Source: a virus
Taxonomy: Duplodnaviria; Caudoviricetes
IMG/VR virus record: IMGVR_UViG_3300027365_000007
Reading direction: 5' to 3' (one strand)
Length of the DNA: 64,000 nt
Shown: in pieces, positions 37,043 to 47,482 of the stretch
Numbering within the stretch: position 1 is the stretch's first letter
How the letters are laid out: every line of letters starts with the position of its first letter
Position numbers and translations under genes: made by a program
Notes under the pieces: model-generated
The model's input: only the letters and a program-made list of their open reading frames with translations
Told to the model about the DNA's origin: nothing
Database searches by the model: none

Positions 37043-39964
37043 ATGAGCGAAGAAATAATTTTAGGCGGTGCGTATTTCGACAATAACATGCCTAAATGGG
37101 CAACTGAAGAGACTATAAAGCGTATAGCTAACGATCTTAGAAAGGACAATACTGAGTCTAGAAAACAAAATGATAAGATGCTGAAGTTGTTAGGTAAAAT
37201 CGCTCAGACAGCAACTAAGGGTGAAAAAGACCAAAAAGATATACTTAAAGAGATACGCACCATATCTAAAGAAATTAAGGATTCTAATAAAACCAATGAA
37301 GCCTTAGTTAAAGAAGTTAAAAAGAGTAATAAACTCGCTGAAGACACTAATAAAGCGGCAAAGAAGCCTGTCTCAGGCAATGCCTCATCATCTTCTGTTA
37401 ATGATGTTGACTTGACTGAAACAGAGAATCATTTAAGCGATGTTAACCGCAGACTGCGTGATATATATGCATTGATGAACAATATGAGTGGTAATATTAC
37501 CTCTTCAATTGAAGAACGAAACAAAATCACAGGTCGTTCAAATGTCAATACTGTGATAACATCCTCACAAAACGTATCGAGACAATCAGATGCTGCAACG
37601 GACAATTCAATTACTGCTTTTCTAAATCAAATGAACGATGAGCGTGATTCACGTCGTACACGCCGTGGTCTTGGTGCGATGAATGAGATTACAGAATCAA
37701 AGCATGTAGGTAAAAGATTTACTGGTCGTGTTAGAAAAATGATTGAGGCTATTGGACTTTTTGTTGGAAAAATTAAAAAGTTTGGTGCTGCGATTCTAGG
37801 TGTTATCAAGAAGATACCATTTGTGGGGACTAAAATAGCTGCCGCTATAACCGCTATGGGCGCAGCATTTGATCTTGCTACAATGATTTCTGAATCATAT
37901 CAAGAATATAAAGACATGCTTGATAGAGGTATATCATTTGCTCGTGCTAGTGTAGAAAATACCCGTATGGATGGCATCATGGTCCGTAAAATGATAGCAG
38001 AAGCCGGTCTAACCTTCGAAGCTGGCGTTGATGCAATGAAAGATAATATTGCTATAGTCAATGAGATGGGCTTTGAAGGATATATGCAAACTATTAGTGA
38101 TGTGATGGAAAATGCTCAACAGTCAGGTGCATTCGTGAACCGAGTGATGATGTCACAAAATGACATTGCAGAATTCTCTAAAGAATATCTTAAATCATTA
38201 AAGCGCATGGGTGATTATGAACGATTAAACAGCGAAGAACGTGTGAAAGGTATAAGAACGTTCGTTAAACACAGTCGCATGTTTGCTGAGATGACAGGTC
38301 AAAGTATTGAAAAGATAAAATCTTTAATGGAAGATATTTCTAAAGATCCTAATATCTCTCTTTTCCTTTCAGATATCGAAGATACCGATCAGCGTAAACA
38401 AACTGAATCAACTATACAATTAGTAAAAGCTGTTTTTGGTCAAGGTAGTCCACTAGAAAAAGCGATCATAGGAGGTATGACAGATGTCACAGGTGCTGGA
38501 ATTGCAGCAAGTGATACTTATAAAGAGCTGGCAACACTCATGGGGCATATACCTGAAGGCAATGCGTTAATGGCTGAAATGGTTAATCTGACACGTAATG
38601 CTGATGAAATGTCAGTTCAGCAATCGTCTGATTTAATATACAGCATCATTGAAAAATTCCAAGATGCACAAGGCAAGATGACAGATGAGACCTTAACTAA
38701 CTTACGCGCCCTTTCACAAAGAGATGACCGCATGGGACAGCTTATTTCATCATTTCTAGCTGCAAATGAGCGCTTACCTAGTGATCGTGAACAGTATGAG
38801 GAAATGTTAAAGAGAGGTGGTTTTGTCAATGAAAAGTCTACAGAAGAGGCCATGTTAGCTCAACAGGCGCGTGTTACTAAACAGCAAGCAGAAGCTTCAC
38901 TAGAATACATGATAGCAAATGTTGCAGACAGTGACGCATCACGTGCCGCAATGGAAATGGGCTATAAAGCAATGATTGAAGCAAATGATATGGTGGAGAA
39001 AGGCGCTTTAGGTGCTGTGGCAACCGCACATACTATAAAAAACAACTTACCAGCTATAGCACGTGGTGTAGAGGACTTAGTGCGTCTAGCCGGTGGAGAT
39101 AAGAAGACACGAGAGGAACGAGCAGAGGAAGCCCTATCATCACGAGATTTGGGCTCTAATGCGAAAGCAGTACGTCAAGCGTTATTTGGTGAATTGACTA
39201 AATCTGGCCTAACCACAGGCAATGTAGAAGGTGTTACACGTGGTCGTGGTAGAGTTTCCACTCAAAGCTTTGCTGAGAACCGAAAACGTTTTGCAGAATA
39301 TGGTATGAGTGCCGAAGAGCTTCTAAAAGAATCGTATAGCAAAGATGGTAATGTATCTCGTGTTGCTAAAGATATGTTGATGTATTTGAGTTCAGAACAA
39401 ATGAAAGGTGTTTTATCAAGTAGTGTCCGTTCTGATTATCGCGACGCTTTGGACAAAGCTTTATCGGATATGTCAGACGATCAGAGAGAACAGTTTTATG
39501 CTGATACTGAAAAGAAATTACGTTCAGGATCGGCGGCTATGTTAGTACAAGGAAGATTCCAACACGAACGCGATAGTCGAAAGAATGGTAAGAAAGAACC
39601 AACCAGCGACACAGGAGGCACTGAATCAAAATCTGGAAATACAGTCGAAGAGGTACGAAGAGAAGCCGAGGAACGCGAAGCACGACAAGAGCAAGAACGT
39701 GAACAACGTGCTAGACAAAATAAAAACGTAACCTTAAATGACCAAGGCATACCTAACACTATCGCGAACGATAATGTAACAAGGCTTGACAATGAAAGTA
39801 GCGATGTTAATGTAATAAATGTATTATTGGATCATACAGATAGAACAAACACATTACTTGATAGACTCATTTCTGAAATGAAAAACGGGAATGATGGTAC
39901 TGTGGGTAAGTTGACTGAAGTGAAAGATGCTTTGAATAGAAATCGTGGATCTGTTAGTTCATAA
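37043..39964 (+). CDS. Tape measure-like protein
   Basis: 973 aa, largely helical, A/M/E/K-rich; divergent from the hub gene. Confidence 0.6.
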   Translation: MSEEIILGGAYFDNNMPKWATEETIKRIANDLRKDNTESRKQNDKMLKLLGKIAQTATKGEKDQKDILKEIRTISKEIKDSNKTNEALVKEVKKSNKLAEDTNKAAKKPVSGNASSSSVNDVDLTETENHLSDVNRRLRDIYALMNNMSGNITSSIEERNKITGRSNVNTVITSSQNVSRQSDAATDNSITAFLNQMNDERDSRRTRRGLGAMNEITESKHVGKRFTGRVRKMIEAIGLFVGKIKKFGAAILGVIKKIPFVGTKIAAAITAMGAAFDLATMISESYQEYKDMLDRGISFARASVENTRMDGIMVRKMIAEAGLTFEAGVDAMKDNIAIVNEMGFEGYMQTISDVMENAQQSGAFVNRVMMSQNDIAEFSKEYLKSLKRMGDYERLNSEERVKGIRTFVKHSRMFAEMTGQSIEKIKSLMEDISKDPNISLFLSDIEDTDQRKQTESTIQLVKAVFGQGSPLEKAIIGGMTDVTGAGIAASDTYKELATLMGHIPEGNALMAEMVNLTRNADEMSVQQSSDLIYSIIEKFQDAQGKMTDETLTNLRALSQRDDRMGQLISSFLAANERLPSDREQYEEMLKRGGFVNEKSTEEAMLAQQARVTKQQAEASLEYMIANVADSDASRAAMEMGYKAMIEANDMVEKGALGAVATAHTIKNNLPAIARGVEDLVRLAGGDKKTREERAEEALSSRDLGSNAKAVRQALFGELTKSGLTTGNVEGVTRGRGRVSTQSFAENRKRFAEYGMSAEELLKESYSKDGNVSRVAKDMLMYLSSEQMKGVLSSSVRSDYRDALDKALSDMSDDQREQFYADTEKKLRSGSAAMLVQGRFQHERDSRKNGKKEPTSDTGGTESKSGNTVEEVRREAEEREARQEQEREQRARQNKNVTLNDQGIPNTIANDNVTRLDNESSDVNVINVLLDHTDRTNTLLDRLISEMKNGNDGTVGKLTEVKDALNRNRGSVSS

Positions 39965-39996
39965 ATAAAAATAATAATAATTATATAGGAATACGT

Positions 39997-42294
39997 ATGA
40001 GTTGGAAAAGTAGATACAATACTATAAAAATAAAAGCAAGACAGCAAGATAATTCCACGGGAATTAACGATGGTTCAAAATTAAATAATAATAAATCATG
40101 GTTGCCTCAATTTTATCAAGGCTCGTATGACCGTATTGCTCGCTATATGCAGTACGATCATATGGACTATGATGTAGATATCAACCTAGCGCTAGACACA
40201 ATAGCTGAATTCTGTACGTTGAATAGTGAATATGATGATATGCCATTTGATTTACAGGTTAGTGACGAGATATCTAACTCTGACGTGGCTGTATTGCGAG
40301 AATCACTTAAACGATGGGTTCGAATTAATGAATTCTCTTCTAGACTCTTCGATATATTCCGAAATGTGATCAAGTATGGTGATCAAATAATGATCCGTGA
40401 TCCAGAAACATTTAAGCTATATTGGACTGACATCTATAATGTTGCAAAGGTGTTGGTGAATGAAGAAGAGGGTAAAGAACCTGAATATTATTTTATCAAA
40501 AACCTTTCTCTGAACCTCACTAACTTGGTTGCGACAGACGATTCTAAGTTATTGATGAACATACCACTAGCAGGTGGTGTTAGGGCTAGTCGCATGACTA
40601 GTTCACAAAGTTTCACAGGCTTCGGTAATGAATCATATACTAACAATCATGGATCTGATAATGATGTGGATCGTGAATATCCTGTGGCCTCTAGTCATGT
40701 TGTACATATTACTAAGTCAACTGGTATGGATAATCTTTGGCCATTCGGTCGTAGTGTTTTGGATTCAGTCTTTAAACCTTTTAAACAAAAAGAGTTGTTA
40801 GAAGACGCTATTATTATCTACCGCGTTCAGCGCTCTCCTGAGAGGTTGATGTTCAAAATTGACACGGGTGGTATGTCGCCTAAAAAAGCAAACGAGTACG
40901 TTAACCAAGTAGCAGATACTTTTCGTCAAAAACGTCAACCCGTAGTAGATTACAACAATGGTGAAACTATTATGGACACTACGTATAATCCCATGTCCAT
41001 TACAGAAGATTTCTTTTTCGCCCAAGGCCCTGATGGCAGGGGTTCATCAGTAGAAGTCTTACCGGGGGGTGAATGTTTATCCTTAGGCACTGATATACGT
41101 TTGATAGATGGTACGACAGATACCCTAAAGAACATCATTAAACGCTATGAGAATGGCGAGATGTTAATGACCTACACTGTGGATAAAGTCACTGGTGTTA
41201 TATGTCCAGCTATGATCACATGGGCGGGTATTACTCGTGAAAATACTGATGTGATTAAACTTCATTTCAGTGATGGTGAAAGTGTTATTTGTACACCTGA
41301 TCATGAGTTCCCAGTAAAAGGGAAGGGATATGTAAAGGCCGAGGATATAGAAGACGGCGATGAGTTTTTTGTGTTACATGAAAAGTTTGAGAATAACAAG
41401 TTGATGTATCATGTTGAACGCACTGACGAATGGATGAATACTGAAGAAATGTTTGACGGATTCTTTGAGGAATTCGGCAAACCGTATCGCTTTAAAGATT
41501 ATTACCAAAACCAGTTAGAACGCGAAGGCGATGTGGTGGAATACAAAACTCTCACAAAGAAAGAACCTATCGGAACTATGGATACTGGTACGCTGACAAT
41601 AGATGGTTATGAAAGATTTACAGATAACCATACCTTTCCTATTGGAAATGGGGTGTTTACTAAAAACTCAACGGGTAGTATTGAAGACTTGAAGTTCTTT
41701 ACATCTCGTATGATTCGTGGTCTGAGAGTTCCTATAGCATACATGTCCTATCTTACTGAGAATGGTGAAACATATCAGTATAACGATGGGAAAACAGGTA
41801 CTGCATATATGGAAGAATTTAAATTCTCAAAGTACTGTGAAAGACTTCAGAAGCAAGTAATCAAGACACTGAACCGTGAATTTAAGCTTTTTGTTAAAAA
41901 TCAAGAAGTGGAAATCAGTTCAGGGGATTTTGATATTAAATTTATTGAACCGCAAAGCTTTAGTGAATATCGTCAGATTGAATTGGATACTGCTCAGATG
42001 GCCGTCTTCCAAAGTGTTGCTGATGTTCCTTATATGTCTAAGCGTTTTATCATGAAGAGATTCATGGGACTTAGTGATGCTGAAATCAAGCAAAATGAAA
42101 GTCTGTGGAAAGAAGAAAAAGGGTTCGAGGTTGCTCTATCTAAAGCTAATGCATCTGAAGGTGATATTAACGTGCCTAATGACGAAGACATTGAAGAGCT
42201 TGAACAGGAAGAGTTGGCGGCTGATGAAGAAGCCAACAACGAAGAGGATCTTGATATCGATATGGACTTTGGGGATGAAGAGGAAAATACGTAA
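39997..42294 (+). CDS. Portal protein (T4 gp20-like), intein-containing
   Basis: LEDAIIIYRVQRSPERLMFKID.G.M, EDFFFAQ...GRGSSVEVLPGG, and IEDLKFF...GLRVP after the insert. Confidence 0.95.
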   Translation: MSWKSRYNTIKIKARQQDNSTGINDGSKLNNNKSWLPQFYQGSYDRIARYMQYDHMDYDVDINLALDTIAEFCTLNSEYDDMPFDLQVSDEISNSDVAVLRESLKRWVRINEFSSRLFDIFRNVIKYGDQIMIRDPETFKLYWTDIYNVAKVLVNEEEGKEPEYYFIKNLSLNLTNLVATDDSKLLMNIPLAGGVRASRMTSSQSFTGFGNESYTNNHGSDNDVDREYPVASSHVVHITKSTGMDNLWPFGRSVLDSVFKPFKQKELLEDAIIIYRVQRSPERLMFKIDTGGMSPKKANEYVNQVADTFRQKRQPVVDYNNGETIMDTTYNPMSITEDFFFAQGPDGRGSSVEVLPGGECLSLGTDIRLIDGTTDTLKNIIKRYENGEMLMTYTVDKVTGVICPAMITWAGITRENTDVIKLHFSDGESVICTPDHEFPVKGKGYVKAEDIEDGDEFFVLHEKFENNKLMYHVERTDEWMNTEEMFDGFFEEFGKPYRFKDYYQNQLEREGDVVEYKTLTKKEPIGTMDTGTLTIDGYERFTDNHTFPIGNGVFTKNSTGSIEDLKFFTSRMIRGLRVPIAYMSYLTENGETYQYNDGKTGTAYMEEFKFSKYCERLQKQVIKTLNREFKLFVKNQEVEISSGDFDIKFIEPQSFSEYRQIELDTAQMAVFQSVADVPYMSKRFIMKRFMGLSDAEIKQNESLWKEEKGFEVALSKANASEGDINVPNDEDIEELEQEELAADEEANNEEDLDIDMDFGDEEENT
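41074..41667 (+). mobile_element. Mini-intein (198 aa, no endonuclease) in the portal
   Basis: PGGE|CLSLGTDIRLIDG...; block B CTPDHEF; ...HTFPIGNGVFTKN|STG. Cys1, terminal Asn and Ser+1; penultimate residue is Lys. Confidence 0.92.
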
Positions 42295-42491
42295 TGAAAC
42301 TGAATGATTTAACAGAATCGACTAATCCTGAAGGAAGAATAAAATCTCGTAGGGCCACTAGGCTAACTATGGCGCATTTATTAAAAATGCGCCGAATACG
42401 TGAAAAGAAAAAATTGGAAAGATTAAAGGACCAAAAGCTTTATCAAGTGATGTACTCCCCTGATGAAGGGGGTGGTGGAGCTGGCTTTTAA
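42294..42491 (+). CDS. Small basic protein, probable head/core component
   Basis: TAATG-coupled to the portal; MKLNDLTE N-terminus and an R/K-rich middle. Confidence 0.75.
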   Translation: MKLNDLTESTNPEGRIKSRRATRLTMAHLLKMRRIREKKKLERLKDQKLYQVMYSPDEGGGGAGF

Positions 42492-42611
42492 TTCCCTCTG
42501 AAATTAGTCTCGAAATATTAAAAATACGCACTTTTCAGTGCGTATTTTTTTGTTCATATAAATAATATACGACATTATTGAACCACTTTGAGATTTAGGA
42601 GATTTAAAATT

Positions 42612-43157
42612 ATGTCTAAAGTAACAATGCAAGATGTATTTGCTCAGATAAAAGAAGAAAACACTGAAGCTGCGCGTGAAAAGATGCGTGAGTATATTAT
42701 TCAAAAGTCTCGTGAAATTCATGAAGGTATTATGGAATCTGATCTTTCCGAAGATGACGTTCTTTCTGCCGAACTTGAAGACGAGCTTGAAGATCAATCA
42801 GAAGATTTAGAAAACATGGAAGCCGAAGTTGATGGTGAAGAAATTTACGACGACGAAGGCGTTGAAGATGCTGTTGATGATCTTGAGTCAGGTGAAGATG
42901 CTATCGAAGACGTTGAAGATCGTGTTGAAAATGTCGAAGACGAGCTTGAAGAACTAAAGCGTGAATTCGAAGAATACATGGCAGGTGAAGAATCAGAAGA
43001 ATCTGGTGAAGAAGATCTTGAAGGTGATGAAGACCTTGAAGGTGAAGAATCAGAAGAATCTGGTGAAGAAGATCTTGAAGGTGATGAAGATCTAGATGCC
43101 GTAGAAGACAATATTGATGCAGATATTGAAAATATCGAAGACGAAGAAAACAATTAA
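42612..43157 (+). CDS. Highly acidic prohead core-like protein
   Basis: D/E-dominated; lies between portal and protease like T4 gp67/68; TATAAATA at 42557-42564 and AGGAG RBS. Confidence 0.75.
   Translation: MSKVTMQDVFAQIKEENTEAAREKMREYIIQKSREIHEGIMESDLSEDDVLSAELEDELEDQSEDLENMEAEVDGEEIYDDEGVEDAVDDLESGEDAIEDVEDRVENVEDELEELKREFEEYMAGEESEESGEEDLEGDEDLEGEESEESGEEDLEGDEDLDAVEDNIDADIENIEDEENN
42984..43094. repeat. 57-bp tandem duplication (GEESEESGEEDLEGDEDLE x2)
   Basis: GGTGAAGAATCAGAAGAATCTGGTGAAGAAGATCTTGAAGGTGATGAAGA occurs at 42984 and 43041. Confidence 0.9.
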
Positions 43158-43181
43158 TAAAACCGTAAGGAACGACGATTT

Positions 43182-43829
43182 ATGCGTCAAAACCAAATAT
43201 TAAGCGAAGATCTAGGATTCTCACAAGCAAATCTACGCCTTGAAGAAAGCGAGGCTAGAGCTGATGGTGAAAAATCATTTTATCTAAATGGTATTTTCAT
43301 CCAAGGTGATGTAAAGAATCACAATGGTCGCATATACCCTTCGTCTGAGATAAGAAGTGCAGTAGATGATATTAATCATCGTATTAGCAAGGGATTTTCA
43401 GTATTAGGCGAGGTGGATCATCCAGATACACTGACTATAAATCTTGATCGTGTTAGTCATGTAATTGAAAACATGTGGATGAATGGTAGCGATGGACATG
43501 GAAAGTTGAAGATTCTACCAACACCAATGGGTAAGGTCATTGGATCACTTTTGGAGTCTGGTGTCAAGCTAGGCGTAAGTTCTCGTGGTTCTGGTAACTT
43601 GGATCATACTGGTAATGTTTCTGATTTTGAAATTATAACCGTTGACATCGTTGCCAACCCTTCAGCACCAGAAGCGTATCCTAAAGCGATTTACGAAAGC
43701 CTGATGAACATGAACGGTGGTCAAAAAATAGTTGAAACTGCTAGACATGTAAATACAGGTAGCAAGGCTGCTGATAGACACTTCGCGCATCAGATGAAGA
43801 AGTTTATTAGTGAGTTGAATAAAAAATAA
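43182..43829 (+). CDS. Prohead maturation protease (T4 gp21-like)
   Basis: GIFIQGDVKNHNGRIY, LGEVDHP, GVSSRGSG and DIVANPSAP motifs. Confidence 0.95.
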   Translation: MRQNQILSEDLGFSQANLRLEESEARADGEKSFYLNGIFIQGDVKNHNGRIYPSSEIRSAVDDINHRISKGFSVLGEVDHPDTLTINLDRVSHVIENMWMNGSDGHGKLKILPTPMGKVIGSLLESGVKLGVSSRGSGNLDHTGNVSDFEIITVDIVANPSAPEAYPKAIYESLMNMNGGQKIVETARHVNTGSKAADRHFAHQMKKFISELNKK

Positions 43830-43847
43830 TTAATAGGAGAATTAAAA

Positions 43848-45203
43848 ATGAGTAAAGGTATTAACAATCTACTAAGCTCTATGGGCTTAAGTGATGACCT
43901 ACGTGACGAAGTTCTAGAGGCATGGGAAGCTGTTAAGGAAGAGAATAAGCAACATGCAGTTGAGCAGGTTCGTGAAGAATATCGCGAACAGTACAAGAAA
44001 GACATGGACGCTATGTTACTTGCTGCTGAAACTATCGTGAATGAATCTCTAGAGAAAGAACTTACTGAGTTCAATGAAGATCGTCAAAAACTTCATGAGG
44101 GTAAAAAAGTACTTCTTAAGAATCTTAAGAAGGCAAAAGCTCTGAAGGAAAGTCACGAAGAAAAGGTCAACCAACGTGTTGAAGTATTTGAAAACTTCGT
44201 TATGGAAACCCTGAAGTCTGAACTTACTGAGTTCAATGAAGAGCGCAAACAACTTGAAGAAAGTGTCGCGAAAGAGCGTATGAAGCTTCTGAAAGAACAG
44301 ATGCGTACTAAAAAGTTGGCTGAAAGTAAAGAGAAAGCGCTTAACCATCTTGTAAAAGATGTTCTAAAGGAAGAGATTACTGAGTTCAGTGAAGATCGTA
44401 AGCATTTCAATGAATCTATTGATAAGCTAGAAAACCTTATGGTTAGACAGCTAACTGAAGAAATTAGTGAATTCCAAGAAGATCGTAAAGAGCTTCAGGA
44501 ACGTCGAGTTGAGCTTGAGAAGGAATATAACCGCAAGCTTAATGAAGCGAAGAATGTCTTCATACAGAGAGCAAGCAAATCCGCTGAGTCAATCGTTAAT
44601 GAAACTCTATCAAGTGAACTTGCATCATTGAAAGAAGATATTCAAGTTGCTAAACAGAACACATTTGGTAGAAAGCTATTCGAAGCTTTTGCAAGTGAGT
44701 TCTACTATTCTCACATGTCTGAAAACACCGAAATCTCTAAGATTTTGAGTAAATTGGAAGAAAGTGAGAAAAATGCAGAAAAATTGCAGAAAATTGTTAA
44801 AGAACAAGCCCAAACTATAAATAAAACTAGACATGAGCTAAAGGAAACTCGTGAGAGTTCCATGCGTGAAGCTAAGATCGACAAACTTGTACGTCCGCTG
44901 GCTCCTACTCAAAAAAGGATTATGTCTAAGCTTTTAGAAGGAGTTGAGGCTGAAAAACTAGATGAAGCTTTCGAGCGTTATCTACCAAGTGTGATGGATC
45001 GTAACAGTTCTAACACTAAAAAGGCAGGAAGTAGTGAACCAAATGGTCGTAAAAAATTGAGCGAAAATAATGGTAACCGTAAAAAATATAAAAAGCCTGT
45101 TTCCGAAAGTAGACAGAATGGTAAACCAGAAATCGCAAATGATGAATACGCCGATGAGATTTCTAAGATTATATCTCACGCAGGCATTAAAAGTAAAAAA
45201 TAA
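43848..45203 (+). CDS. Prohead scaffolding protein (T4 gp22-like)
   Basis: Long E/K coiled coil between protease and capsid genes; FGRKLFEAF.SEF motif. Confidence 0.9.
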   Translation: MSKGINNLLSSMGLSDDLRDEVLEAWEAVKEENKQHAVEQVREEYREQYKKDMDAMLLAAETIVNESLEKELTEFNEDRQKLHEGKKVLLKNLKKAKALKESHEEKVNQRVEVFENFVMETLKSELTEFNEERKQLEESVAKERMKLLKEQMRTKKLAESKEKALNHLVKDVLKEEITEFSEDRKHFNESIDKLENLMVRQLTEEISEFQEDRKELQERRVELEKEYNRKLNEAKNVFIQRASKSAESIVNETLSSELASLKEDIQVAKQNTFGRKLFEAFASEFYYSHMSENTEISKILSKLEESEKNAEKLQKIVKEQAQTINKTRHELKETRESSMREAKIDKLVRPLAPTQKRIMSKLLEGVEAEKLDEAFERYLPSVMDRNSSNTKKAGSSEPNGRKKLSENNGNRKKYKKPVSESRQNGKPEIANDEYADEISKIISHAGIKSKK

Positions 45204-45229
45204 TAATTTATCAATAGGAGAAAATTAAA

Positions 45230-46414
45230 ATGGCTACTAATCTATTTGAAGGACAAGCGTGGAACCAAGTTAAAACTGGTCTATGCGAAGGTCTTGAAAA
45301 CAAAAAACGTGAAAACTTCGAGATGGTTCTTGAGAACACTCGTAAGTTCATGATGAACGAATCTGCATCTTTCGGTGCAACCAGTTCTGGTAACGTTGCG
45401 ACTCTAAACAAGGTAATCCTACCTATGCTACGTCGTGTTATGCCGAACGTTATTGCAAACGAAATTATGGGTGTACAGCCTCTTCCGGGTCCGGTTGCTC
45501 AGATTCATACTATGCGTTATGTTTACTCCCAGAATTCTTCTGAAGTAAATGCTGGTACTGAAGCACTATCCCCGTTTGATGTTGCACGTGCTTACTCTGG
45601 TAACGACGATGCAAACAACCCTGCCGCTGCTTCTACTGCAACTCTAGAAGGTCAGCCGGGTAAGAAAATCGCAGTTAACATCGTAAAGCAGACTGCCGAA
45701 GCAAAGACACGTCGTCTAAGCTCTCGCTGGACTGTTGAAGCTGCTCAAGATGCTGAGAGCCAGTTCGGTGTAGATATCGAGTCTGAAATCATGGCTGGTC
45801 TAGCACAGGAAGTTACTACTGAGATTGACCAAGAACTATTAGGTCGTCTACGTAACCTAGCCCGTACTGGTGCTATCTATGACATGAGTCAGGAAGATAG
45901 CTTCACTGGTTCCCCGACTTTCGTTGGTGATCGTCACGCAGTATTGACCACTCTAATCAACCAGCAAGCAAACCTTATTGCACAGCGTACCCGCCGTGGT
46001 CGTGCAAACTGGGCTGTTGTTGATCCGATGGCACTGACTATTCTTCAGTCTGCAACCACTTCTGGTTTCGCACGTACTACTGAAGCAACCTTTGACGATC
46101 CAGACAACCAGAAACTAGTTGGTACTCTAAACAACACTATGAAAGTGTATGTTGATACCTATGCCGACGAAGGTACTCCGGTACTAATCGGTTACAAGGG
46201 TCAGAACGAGTTCGACGCTGGTGCATTCTACTGCCCATACGTTCCTCTAACTGCAACTCCTGTGATCACCGATCCGAACACCTTCGAAAACGTTGTTGGC
46301 TTCATGAGCCGTTATGCTTATGTTGAGCTTAGCAACAGCGCTAGTTCCTTCGGTAACGCAGCGGATTATGTATCTAAGATCGATATCCCTGCTGGTTCTA
46401 TCAAGTTTATCTAA
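45230..46414 (+). CDS. Major capsid protein (T4 gp23-like)
   Basis: ILPMLRRVMPNVIANEIMGVQPLPGP, TRRLSSRWTVEAAQD, EIDQE, AQRTRRGRAN and GAFYCPYVPL motifs; strongly biased codon usage. Confidence 0.97.
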   Translation: MATNLFEGQAWNQVKTGLCEGLENKKRENFEMVLENTRKFMMNESASFGATSSGNVATLNKVILPMLRRVMPNVIANEIMGVQPLPGPVAQIHTMRYVYSQNSSEVNAGTEALSPFDVARAYSGNDDANNPAAASTATLEGQPGKKIAVNIVKQTAEAKTRRLSSRWTVEAAQDAESQFGVDIESEIMAGLAQEVTTEIDQELLGRLRNLARTGAIYDMSQEDSFTGSPTFVGDRHAVLTTLINQQANLIAQRTRRGRANWAVVDPMALTILQSATTSGFARTTEATFDDPDNQKLVGTLNNTMKVYVDTYADEGTPVLIGYKGQNEFDAGAFYCPYVPLTATPVITDPNTFENVVGFMSRYAYVELSNSASSFGNAADYVSKIDIPAGSIKFI

Positions 46415-46455
46415 TAGGCTTGAGCCGAAAGAAGGTTACGGATGTAACACAAAAA

Positions 46456-46986
46456 TTAAAGACTCTCTTCGGAGAGTCTTTTTTCTTGCCTGTCGAAAAA
46501 CCGTTGAAGTCTACGTTGTACCCTTAAAAGCTCAGAATCAAACCCCTCATTTTTCATTGGTGGTGCTACTCTTACAAAGTTTTTAGGATAGAGCCTAGCA
46601 TTTCTTTTCTTATCGTCTACTAGAACAATATTTTCAATATCATATTTGTCTGTAAATATAGAAATATCTTTAACAACATTACCTTCATACAAGGTAGTAC
46701 TTTCCGATCCATAGCATCCAACAATATCAATGTCCGAGAACATCTCTCTACGAACTTTTCTGACATAATTCACATTTGCGGTACTAAATAAAACAATATC
46801 AGCATCTAATTCATTGGTGATAAACTCTAGAAGCTCTGTCGCGCCAGTACGCTCAAAGCATGAATTGCCCCTTAACGAGTATTGCCACTCAACTAGCGTT
46901 TCATCAACATCACAAACTACAAGACGTTTTTTCAAATTAACTTCCTCGTTATCATAAAACACTATTATAGCAAATTCTTCAGGCAT
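46456..46986 (-). CDS. FCP1/NIF-like HAD phosphatase
   Basis: LVVCDVDETL (DxDxT), LFSTANVNYV and IVLVDD...N motifs. Start MPEE at 46986 is tentative. Confidence 0.8.
   Translation of the reverse strand: MPEEFAIIVFYDNEEVNLKKRLVVCDVDETLVEWQYSLRGNSCFERTGATELLEFITNELDADIVLFSTANVNYVRKVRREMFSDIDIVGCYGSESTTLYEGNVVKDISIFTDKYDIENIVLVDDKKRNARLYPKNFVRVAPPMKNEGFDSELLRVQRRLQRFFDRQEKRLSEESL
46458..46484 (+). terminator. Terminator after the capsid gene with a UUCG tetraloop
   Basis: AAGACTCTC-TTCG-GAGAGTCTT-TTTT. Confidence 0.92.
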
Positions 46987-47032
46987 TTTCAAGGATAAAT
47001 AACACTGTACGTGTACATTATAGGAGAACATA

Positions 47033-47461
47033 ATGATTTTATTTTACCACAATAAACCAAAATCATCACTACCATATAACGCCGAAGCTGTGCGTATTGA
47101 GGAAGTTGATGATATCAAAGCAAACTTAAAGAAAATACTTGAAGAAAATGAAGGTGAGGAATTTGTAAACATTGGCGTATACGACTGTATGTTCGAAGAT
47201 TCATCATTGATGGAATATTTTAAAAAATATTTAAACTTATCAGTGTTTAAGGTGACTATTATTGACCCTATGAAGGCTTACGATCTTTCGAATGCCCTTG
47301 AAGTCAATGTGTTGGTTTCGTTCTCAAAGCCTAATGCAATGATTCGTGTGAGAAAGATAAAAGAAGCCATGCCTTATACTAAAACACATATGATTGATGA
47401 TTATCGCTATAGCATCATCAATGTTCAGCGTCAAAATTTTCATACCAACAAGAATAAATAA
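47033..47461 (+). CDS. Hypothetical protein
   Basis: 142 aa; ATAAATA at 46995-47001 and AGGAG RBS. Confidence 0.7.
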   Translation: MILFYHNKPKSSLPYNAEAVRIEEVDDIKANLKKILEENEGEEFVNIGVYDCMFEDSSLMEYFKKYLNLSVFKVTIIDPMKAYDLSNALEVNVLVSFSKPNAMIRVRKIKEAMPYTKTHMIDDYRYSIINVQRQNFHTNKNK

Positions 47462-47482
47462 AAATAAAACAGGACTATTTTT

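Noticed and set aside
42845-43153. Ser-rich minus-strand ORF and similar short antisense ORFs in the track (e.g. 12676-13029, 23053-23568, 26579-27097, 44049-44410)
   Set aside because: They are shadows of well-supported genes on the opposite strand or frame, with no RBS or motif support.
10374-45203. Halophilic host inferred from acidic proteins
   Set aside because: Prohead core, scaffold and fibre proteins are acidic in many phages, and several enzymes here are not notably acidic; a proteome-wide pI calculation is needed.
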